Notes under the pieces: generated by a model
What the model was told of the DNA's origin: nothing
What the model saw: only the letters and a program-made list of their open reading frames with translations
The model's database searches: none
Shown here: in pieces, positions 57,248 to 64,000 of the stretch
Layout of the letters: each line of letters opens with the position of its first letter
How positions within the stretch are numbered: position 1 is the first letter of the stretch
Source: an uncultured Syntrophaceae bacterium
GTDB taxonomy: Bacteria > Desulfobacterota > Syntrophia > Syntrophales > UBA2210
DNA: 64,000 nt
Direction: 5' to 3'
Assembly: GCA_964394725.1 (NCBI GenBank)
Contig: CAYMYS010000004.1
Span: 821 to 64,820 of the forward strand
Made by a program: the position numbers and the translations under genes

Positions 57248-58726
57248 TTAATGCATCGAGGCCGTATCGCGCCTGAATATCTCGTAAATATATGAAAATT
57301 TGTGCGTCAACTCTTTGTTATACTCCCGATCATTCTCCCGCGGACGCCACTGGGGTGTTATATTCGCGAGAGCCTCTTCGAAAAGCCATGTATGGGCAAA
57401 TATTTTTCCCTTAATCACCTGAATTGCCCTTTTCTGATCCCCCGTAATCCAGGTGGCATCAACCTTTGCAATTCCCTCTTTCGTGACCTCTAATTCATTC
57501 ACTTTCGTATACTTCATAATTATGTTCTGTTCTTCACGCGTCAACGCCTTTTTGCCGGACAGGGCATCCTTGAAAAGAACGGCCTTGGAGAACTCCTTCC
57601 CTACCAGGTCCATGATATTTTTTGTATCTATGCCCGCTCTATTGATACGCTCCACATTCTCCTGCGTTACCCTGTAGGATATGGGGCGATAGGTCTCCTG
57701 TTGAAAGACGTTTTGGAGGAAAAAGAGCGAAATAAAACTGATTATGGCAGCGATAATGGGAGTGGCAACCCACCCGCTTGCAATACCTCCCACGAGTCTC
57801 CATCGTATGTTCCTTCCCCCCGTAAGGAGTCCTATGCCTATGACGGCGCCAACGATGGCCTGTGAACTGGAAACGGGGACGAGCGGAATAGTCGGAAGGC
57901 CATGACTGATTAAAAAGCCTTCGATGCCCTGTGATGCAAAGAGGAATAGAACAATGGAATGAGCACCGACGGCAACAAAAGCCGCCACGGGGGACAGTTG
58001 AATGATGCCTTCTCCGACTGTCACGATCACTCGCCGGGAATAGGTAAAGACACCGATTGCTATGGCTATGCCGCCGATGAAAAAAAGCTGTTGGGCAGCA
58101 GTCAATGAAAATATTCCGGCAACGGATAGATCGGTAAAGGGTGATACGGGAACAAAAATGCCCATAACTGTCGATATATTATTGGCACCCATGGAATAAG
58201 CGCCCAGTGCCCCCACAATGATCAAGCCATAGCGTATCAATAGATCCAACTTAAACATGCCGATTTTGAAGTATTTGATCGTGTAGCCGACAAGCTTGTA
58301 AAGGATTATGGCAAAAATGGCTGACAATATGGGGCATATCACCCAGGTCATGAGGATCTTGGTCAGGATGTCATAGTCTGTCAGCGACCCGGTAAAAAAG
58401 TTCCACCCTACGATTCCCCCGATAATGGCCTGAGAGGTAGAAACAGGGATGCCCGCCCGTGTCATCAATAGGATGCTTACGGCAGAGGCAAGGGCGACAA
58501 TAAATGCGCCGGCCATCGCATTGATTGAACCCAATTTTATCAATGTGTCTGTTACACCGGCGCCGCTGATCACCGATCCAAGGATTACAAAAACACTGCA
58601 ATAAATCGCAGCGGTCCTGAAGTTGATCATTCGGGAACCCACTGCCGTACCAAAGACGTTTGATGTATTATTGGCCCCTAGAGACCAGCCGAGGAATAAT
58701 CCACTTGATAAGAAAAATGCAAACAT
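57248..58726 (-). CDS. PiT-family inorganic phosphate transporter with a ~150-aa C-terminal soluble extension
   Basis: 492 aa. GANNTSNVFGTAVG and MGANNISTVMG repeats, STSQAIIGGIVG / SSSQAIVGAVIG. The hydrophilic tail begins at about residue 340. Confidence 0.85.
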   Translation of the reverse strand: MFAFFLSSGLFLGWSLGANNTSNVFGTAVGSRMINFRTAAIYCSVFVILGSVISGAGVTDTLIKLGSINAMAGAFIVALASAVSILLMTRAGIPVSTSQAIIGGIVGWNFFTGSLTDYDILTKILMTWVICPILSAIFAIILYKLVGYTIKYFKIGMFKLDLLIRYGLIIVGALGAYSMGANNISTVMGIFVPVSPFTDLSVAGIFSLTAAQQLFFIGGIAIAIGVFTYSRRVIVTVGEGIIQLSPVAAFVAVGAHSIVLFLFASQGIEGFLISHGLPTIPLVPVSSSQAIVGAVIGIGLLTGGRNIRWRLVGGIASGWVATPIIAAIISFISLFFLQNVFQQETYRPISYRVTQENVERINRAGIDTKNIMDLVGKEFSKAVLFKDALSGKKALTREEQNIIMKYTKVNELEVTKEGIAKVDATWITGDQKRAIQVIKGKIFAHTWLFEEALANITPQWRPRENDREYNKELTHKFSYIYEIFRRDTASMH

Positions 58727-58735
58727 AGGAGGTCC

Positions 58736-59386
58736 TTACATAGATCGTTTGATAACATAAATATTGAGACGGTCTGCAACATCTTCGGCCTCATCGGCGA
58801 TTTTTTCAAGATATCTGGCAAAATCGCGCAGGTGTCTCTTGTGGCTCAACCGCAGGTCCTCACGTCTGAAAATTTTGCGTTGAAGATTTGTCGACACCTT
58901 GTCCGATTCCGTTTCCCAGTATATGACCTTGTGCATATGGTCTGCCACGGTGTCGACATTTTTGAAAAAGGCCCTGCAGGAGAGGACGGTCGCCTCGACG
59001 GCCTCCACGCCGCATGATACCAGTTCCCTGAAATCGTCGTGGTACTCGACACATATTTGCGGGCGTTCGATCTCGAATCGCCACACCGCTCCTTTGAAAT
59101 GGTCGAGAAGGGTATCCATATTTTCGAGGAGTTCCAGCACATCCCCCCTCGATTCGGGTATCAGGGTTTTTGTGTAGAGTTGAGTCTCTAGAGAGCGGCG
59201 CAATGCGTCGCCCCTGTGTTCTATTTCTATCATTTCCTCCGTCTTCCTTTCGAAGGCCTCTAGATTATCTTTAAAATAGGAGTCTATGGCGCTTTGGAAG
59301 AGCAACCCCGACCTGCTCACCTGATCGAGGAAGTCGTCAAGATCCCTCTCGATTCCCGAAGTTCTCTTTAGTAGTCTGAAACCCAT
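58736..59386 (-). CDS. DUF47 (PhoU-like, TIGR00153-type) phosphate-transport regulator
   Basis: 216 aa, helical. IEHRGDALRRSL, and C-terminal ADEAEDVADRL. The canonical partner lies upstream of PiT. Confidence 0.8.
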   Translation of the reverse strand: MGFRLLKRTSGIERDLDDFLDQVSRSGLLFQSAIDSYFKDNLEAFERKTEEMIEIEHRGDALRRSLETQLYTKTLIPESRGDVLELLENMDTLLDHFKGAVWRFEIERPQICVEYHDDFRELVSCGVEAVEATVLSCRAFFKNVDTVADHMHKVIYWETESDKVSTNLQRKIFRREDLRLSHKRHLRDFARYLEKIADEAEDVADRLNIYVIKRSM

Positions 59387-59658
59387 TGCTCCAACCTCTT
59401 GTTCTTGTTTTTAATTAGGTAACTGAAATGCCTTTAATTGTCACTAAAATAGTCTTCATGTAAATTTTAAAAAGTGTAATTGTAATTAATGATAGCAAAT
59501 AAACTGTAAATAGTGAAAAAAAGTTTGCACTAACTAACTAAAATATTTTATAAAACGATAAATAATAGTATTTTTATGGGTTTTATGCTATAAAATTCTT
59601 CTATTTTATTAATATTCATATTGCAAATAACAAAATGTTATGTTAGGTGTATCACGGA

Positions 59659-60567
59659 ATGAATCTGAATCAATTAAAAATATTTTATTATACAGCAAAG
59701 TGTGGCAAGCTCAGTCTGGCAGCGGAAGCGCTCCATATAACGCAGCCTGCCGTGACGAAGGGTATTCAGCGCTTTCAAAAGTTCTACGGTATAAAGTTTT
59801 TTAACCTCTTTGGCAAAAAACTGGTCCTCACAGATGCCGGGGAAGTACTTTACGAGATTGCTGAAGAAATCTTTGAACTGGAAAGCCAGGCCGAAGAAAG
59901 CATCCGCGATTTTCAGCAGAGGCAGAAGGGGCACATACGCATTGATGCAAGTGAAGCCTTCGGAACATACTATCTCCCGCCGACAATTATTGCTTTCAGT
60001 AAGATGTATCCCAAGATACGGCTTTCTGTGAACATAATGAGGACTGAGAATGTCGTGTCCAATGCTGCCAGCCTCAATTGTGACATCGGTTTTATATCCT
60101 ATCCCGTTAACCACAAAAAGGTCGTAATGAAAAAGATCATGGAAGATAGGCTGCTGCTTATCACGCCACCCGATCATCCCCTCGCGAAGAAGGGAAGTTG
60201 CGAAGCCAAGGATCTGGAAGGTCAACTCCTGGTTACCCACGAAAGGGGATCTGCGACCTGTAATATAACCGAGGCCTATCTGAAAAAGCACGATATTAAT
60301 GTTTTCAATTCGCTGGAGCTTTCCAGTAATGAAACGGTCAAAAGGGTGGTTGCAGAAGGTGCCGGTATTGCCATAGTTTCCCGAAAGATTGCCAAAAAAG
60401 AGATCGAGGCAGGGAGATTGGCAAGCGTTCCCCTCCATGATACCTTAAAAAGAACATTTTATATGGTCTATCATAAGGATAAGTATATTTCCGAAACACT
60501 ACAAAGTCTAATGGATTTGTTGAGTAACTGGATTGCCGACTATTCCAAACCCGAAGACACTGTCTAG
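59659..60567 (+). CDS. LysR-family transcriptional regulator
   Basis: MNLNQLKIFYYTAKCGKLSLAAEALHITQPAVTKGIQRFQ (wHTH), followed by the LysR substrate-binding fold. The ORF opens at GTG 59647. Confidence 0.88.
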   Translation: MNLNQLKIFYYTAKCGKLSLAAEALHITQPAVTKGIQRFQKFYGIKFFNLFGKKLVLTDAGEVLYEIAEEIFELESQAEESIRDFQQRQKGHIRIDASEAFGTYYLPPTIIAFSKMYPKIRLSVNIMRTENVVSNAASLNCDIGFISYPVNHKKVVMKKIMEDRLLLITPPDHPLAKKGSCEAKDLEGQLLVTHERGSATCNITEAYLKKHDINVFNSLELSSNETVKRVVAEGAGIAIVSRKIAKKEIEAGRLASVPLHDTLKRTFYMVYHKDKYISETLQSLMDLLSNWIADYSKPEDTV

Positions 60568-61116
60568 TCTTTCATCGGCACACAAAGGTGAAAGAGACGT
60601 TGATAGTCAATAATCACAGTCAAACATGAAAAAGAATTGGGCCCTGCTGCTGAGTGAAACAGCGGGCGCATTTCCTAGTGGTTGAGGTGGGAAGCTTCGG
60701 TGGAGTCTGTTTCCAGACCGTAGTGTTGACGGCCTACAGTCAATTGGTGCGGATAAGAGGGACTGGAACACCATGAGTCAGGGGTCTGCGAGTGAATAAC
60801 CTGGCGGTCGGGTACCGTGGATTGTAAGGTCATCCCATTCCCACCGGCTGAGGTTCCCGAGTCCCCGGTTTTCTCAACATTCCACCGGTGAAGATGAAAG
60901 TTTTCTGTCCTTCCTCTATCTCGTGGGTGCGACTATTTCACACCTCCTCACCACAGGGATTCCTTCAACATAGAGACTACTGCCGTTTTTGCTGCCTGAG
61001 GGTTACCTCTTTACCTTTCCATAGTCATGAATCGCTGATTGCAATCAGAAAATTTATCCTGTTGAACCAATATATCCGTTGTGTTATGGTGAATTCCATT
61101 TTAAATGGAGGTACTT

Positions 61117-62583
61117 ATGAAATATAGGACACTCGGAGAGATGCTGGACGAAAGTTGCAGCACCTATCCCAATAACATAGCTATTGTCTATAATGAGAAA
61201 AGGCTTACCTATGAGCAATTGAAGGGGGCAGTAAAGGCCTTCGGAAATACATTAGCAAAGCTGGGCATAAAAAAGGGGAATAAGGTGGCCATCATGCTTC
61301 CCAATATACCCGAGTTTATTATATCCTACTTTGCCACCGTCAAGCTGGGGGCCGTTGCCGTTACTATAAACACGCTCTCCACGCCCTACGAACTCAGGCA
61401 TCTGCTCTCCGACAGTGATTCGCGTGCGCTGATCACAACTCCCAAGACGAAAAAAAGATTCGAAGAAGTGAGAGGGGATTGTCCCCTCTGCGAATACCTG
61501 GTAGTCACCGAAGGGGATACGGGTGACGCCTCCATCGAAGAGGCAGTTGAGGCGGGTCCTTATAAACTGGAGGAAATAGAAATCTCGGGAGATGATCCTG
61601 CCGTTATGATCTATACAGCGGGTCTGACGGGAAAGCCCCTCGGGGCCGTCCTCACCCATCGTAACCTCTCGACACAGTCACTCCTTTTGCGCAATATGAT
61701 CCACGCCAACGAGCATGACAGAGGTCTCTGTCTGATCCCCCTCTTTCATTCCTTCGGCGCCGTTGCAAACATGCTGGGGACATTGAAGATAGGGTCCAGT
61801 ATCGTCATGATGGACCAGTTTAAGATGGATAGTATATTCAAGGCAATAGAAGAGGAGGGGATTACCTACATCGCCGCCGTTCCGAGACTCTTTCTGGGCA
61901 TGTTCATATATGAAGGCGCTGACGCATACAACCTGGATTCTCTCAGGATGTGTATAACGGGTGGCGCCGCCATGCCTGCGGAATTTTTTGATACCTTTGA
62001 AAAGAAGTTTGGCGTGAGGGTGCTGGAGGGGTATGGATTGACAGAGGCCTCGCCTGTCTGTTCCTTCAGCAGGATCGATATGGTCCAGAAACCGGGATCT
62101 ATCGGTATTCCCATTCCCGAAGTAGAGGCAAAGGTTGTTGATGAGGTCGGTGCGGAGTTGCCCTCGGGTCAGGAAGGAGAACTGGTGGTCCGAGGTCCCA
62201 ACGTCATGGAGGGATACTATAAGAATGACCGCGCGACAGCCGAAGTTATAAAAGAAGGGTGGCTCTATACGGGAGATCTGGCACGGATTGATGAAGAGGG
62301 CTATATATTCCTGACCGGTCTGAAGAAGAAGAGGATGATTATTACCAGTGGATTTAACGTCTATCCCCGAGAAGTCGAAGATGTGCTCTCTATGCATAGC
62401 GCCGTGGTTTCTGCTAAAGTCGTTGGAAAACCGGATATGATGAGGGGAGAAACGGTCAAGGCGATCATTATAAAGAAGGAAGGGGCAGAGGTTGATGATA
62501 AGGCCATTATGAAACATTGCAGGACCTATCTCTCCCCCTACAAGACACCCCGAACTGTGGAGTTTGTGGAAAGTATTGACTGA
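61117..62583 (+). CDS. AMP-dependent acyl-CoA synthetase/ligase
   Basis: ATG 61117 follows GGAGG. MIYTAGLTGKPLGAVLTHRN (AMP motif), EGYGLTE, YTGDLARIDEEGY. Confidence 0.88.
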   Translation: MKYRTLGEMLDESCSTYPNNIAIVYNEKRLTYEQLKGAVKAFGNTLAKLGIKKGNKVAIMLPNIPEFIISYFATVKLGAVAVTINTLSTPYELRHLLSDSDSRALITTPKTKKRFEEVRGDCPLCEYLVVTEGDTGDASIEEAVEAGPYKLEEIEISGDDPAVMIYTAGLTGKPLGAVLTHRNLSTQSLLLRNMIHANEHDRGLCLIPLFHSFGAVANMLGTLKIGSSIVMMDQFKMDSIFKAIEEEGITYIAAVPRLFLGMFIYEGADAYNLDSLRMCITGGAAMPAEFFDTFEKKFGVRVLEGYGLTEASPVCSFSRIDMVQKPGSIGIPIPEVEAKVVDEVGAELPSGQEGELVVRGPNVMEGYYKNDRATAEVIKEGWLYTGDLARIDEEGYIFLTGLKKKRMIITSGFNVYPREVEDVLSMHSAVVSAKVVGKPDMMRGETVKAIIIKKEGAEVDDKAIMKHCRTYLSPYKTPRTVEFVESID

Positions 62584-62623
62584 GATTGGCCATAAGAATC
62601 AGTGTGAGAAAGGAACACTCGAT

Positions 62624-63910
62624 ATGAAAGAGGTTGTCATCGTAAGCGGAGCAAGGACGGCGGTTGGTAATTTTGGCGGAGCCCTGAAGGATGTAAGGTG
62701 TGTCGATCTGGGCGCCATAGTGATCAAGGAAGCGATAAAACGGGCCCATCTCAGGCCCTCAATCACAGATTCTATCAGATCGATGCGTCCCGATATATTC
62801 GGGGACTTTGATACGACGGAAATAAACAAAAAGTACTACGATTATGATGAATCACTCACACCCGTCTACTTTGATGAGTGTATAATGGGAAATGTCCTTC
62901 AGGTGGCCCAGGGACAGAATCCGGGAAGACAGGCCTCCATCTATGCCGGTCTCCCGGAGGAGACAAATGCAATGACCGTGAACAAGGTATGTGCCTCGGG
63001 GATGAAGGCCATTACCCTGGCCGTTCAGGCCATCCAGACCGGCGATGCCGATATCGTTGTGGCGGGGGGCATGGAAAACATGAGCATGGCACCTTACGCC
63101 CTGCCCGACGCCCGCTGGGGATACCGGATGGACATGCCCTTCGGTAATATCGTCGATATCATGGTTCATGACGGCCTCTTCGAGACATTCAACGGGTATC
63201 ACATGGGGCTTACGGCAGAGAACATAGCCGAGAAGTACGGGATTTCCAGGCAGGAACAGGACGAAATGGGGCTTCTGAGCCATGAGAGGGCGAGAGCCGC
63301 CATAGAAAGTGGCGCTATAGTCGATGAGATAGTACCCGTGTCCATTCCGCAGCGCAGGGGCGACCCCCGGATATTCGACGTTGATGAACGCCCCATGGAG
63401 ACGTCGATGGAAAAAATGGCAAAGCTGAGGCCTGCCTTTAAGAAGGATGGCACGGTGACGGCAGGGAATGCCTCGGGTATCAACGATGCCGCCTGCGCCG
63501 TTGTCATAATGAGTGCCGAAAGGGCCGGGGAACTCGGCCTCGATCCCATGGCCACAATCAAAGGATTTGCCACCGGTGGTGTAGACCCCGCCTACATGGG
63601 ACTGGGTCCTATTCCTGCCACAAGAAGGGTGATGGAGAAACTGGGCATTACGATGAACGATGTCGACCTTATCGAATTGAATGAGGCCTTTGCCTGCCAG
63701 GCCATAGCCTGCATGAGAGAACTGGGAATCGGCATTGATAGATGCAATCTCAACGGAAGCGGTATTTCCATAGGACACCCCATCGGGTGCACGGGCGCGA
63801 GGATCACCTACAGCCTTGCCATGCAGATGCAAAAGAGGGATCTCAATTTGGGACTGGCAACACTGTGTATTGGCGGCGGTCAGGGTATGACCATAGTCCT
63901 GGAACGGTAA
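62624..63910 (+). CDS. Acetyl-CoA C-acyltransferase (thiolase) with an N-terminal-domain insertion
   Basis: MKEVVIVSGARTAVGNFGG, NKVCASGMKAI (active Cys), NEAFACQ, GHPIGCTGARI, CIGGGQG. The ORF opens at 62564. Confidence 0.9.
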   Translation: MKEVVIVSGARTAVGNFGGALKDVRCVDLGAIVIKEAIKRAHLRPSITDSIRSMRPDIFGDFDTTEINKKYYDYDESLTPVYFDECIMGNVLQVAQGQNPGRQASIYAGLPEETNAMTVNKVCASGMKAITLAVQAIQTGDADIVVAGGMENMSMAPYALPDARWGYRMDMPFGNIVDIMVHDGLFETFNGYHMGLTAENIAEKYGISRQEQDEMGLLSHERARAAIESGAIVDEIVPVSIPQRRGDPRIFDVDERPMETSMEKMAKLRPAFKKDGTVTAGNASGINDAACAVVIMSAERAGELGLDPMATIKGFATGGVDPAYMGLGPIPATRRVMEKLGITMNDVDLIELNEAFACQAIACMRELGIGIDRCNLNGSGISIGHPIGCTGARITYSLAMQMQKRDLNLGLATLCIGGGQGMTIVLER

Positions 63911-63944
63911 TGAAAGGCGAGGGGGAGCACAGAGATGGACTATG

Positions 63945-64000
63945 AAAATCTTTTATTCGATCTGGACGAGGGAATTGCCACCATCACCTTCAACAGGCCT
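63945..64000 (+). CDS. Enoyl-CoA hydratase/crotonase family protein, 5' end only
   Basis: MDYENLLFDLDEGIATITFNRP is a typical crotonase N-terminus. It is truncated by the window edge. Confidence 0.6.

Noticed and set aside
60850-60870. tRNA-like T-arm (GGTTCCCGAGTCCCCGG).
   Set aside because: The loop is 9 nt rather than the canonical 7-nt TTCGAAT type. No acceptor, D or anticodon arms can be drawn around it.
60640-60880. Cobalamin, SAM-I or TPP riboswitch in the LysR/acyl-CoA-ligase spacer.
   Set aside because: Only fragmentary resemblances exist (GGGAAGCTTCGGTGGAGTC; AAGAGGGACTGG). The defining boxes (the B12 box GCCACTG, the SAM-I GGCCC...GCAACC, the TPP CTGAGA...ACCTGATC) are absent. 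The downstream genes have no link to those ligands.

Overview
This 64-kb window is mostly core metabolism and housekeeping genes. The gene content suggests an anaerobic, ferredoxin-dependent bacterium, perhaps a Syntrophales-like deltaproteobacterium, but that is inference only. I recognised no rRNA, tRNA, CRISPR array, cas gene, transposase, integrase or phage gene by eye.

Main blocks:
1. A minus-strand cluster (1-9042): korA-korB-delta-gamma 2-oxoacid:ferredoxin oxidoreductase, then sucC-sucD, then a TAXI-type TRAP transporter (binding protein, DUF1850, fused permease running off the left edge).
2. A translationally coupled TPP-enzyme/homoserine-dehydrogenase-like pair, an Fe-S aldo/keto reductase, and dnaJ.
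3. A fmt-DUF3047-rsmB-HD operon.
4. About 950 bp of gene-free, repeat-bearing DNA, followed by a 1245-aa lipoprotein with a TPR region and a C-terminal CHAT (caspase-like) domain.
5. A second, paralogous TAXI-DUF1850-permease locus.
6. ydcF, thrC, an MBL-fold hydrolase and a ZIP metal transporter.
7. An xseA-xseB-ispA-dxs-tlyA cluster, followed by an IspH fused to a UbiA-like nine-helix membrane domain.
8. A small ferredoxin and tmk-holB-PSP1-metG.
9. azlCD-fbp-fba, mobA, an OFA-family MFS transporter, a NagZ-like GH3 enzyme and folD.
10. A DUF47/PiT phosphate module, then a LysR regulator with acyl-CoA ligase, thiolase and enoyl-CoA hydratase genes.

Non-coding and decayed features worth noting:
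- A ~190-bp MITE-like palindromic element occurs in three near-identical copies, plus a short variant with the same termini.
- There is a second 144-bp inverted-repeat element and a pair of hairpins whose stems covary.
- Two decayed genes are present: an MBL-fold hydrolase and a NifU-like gene.

I found no convincing multi-gene novel system. The most unusual single items are the IspH-UbiA fusion, the MITE-like family and the lipoprotein TPR-CHAT protein.
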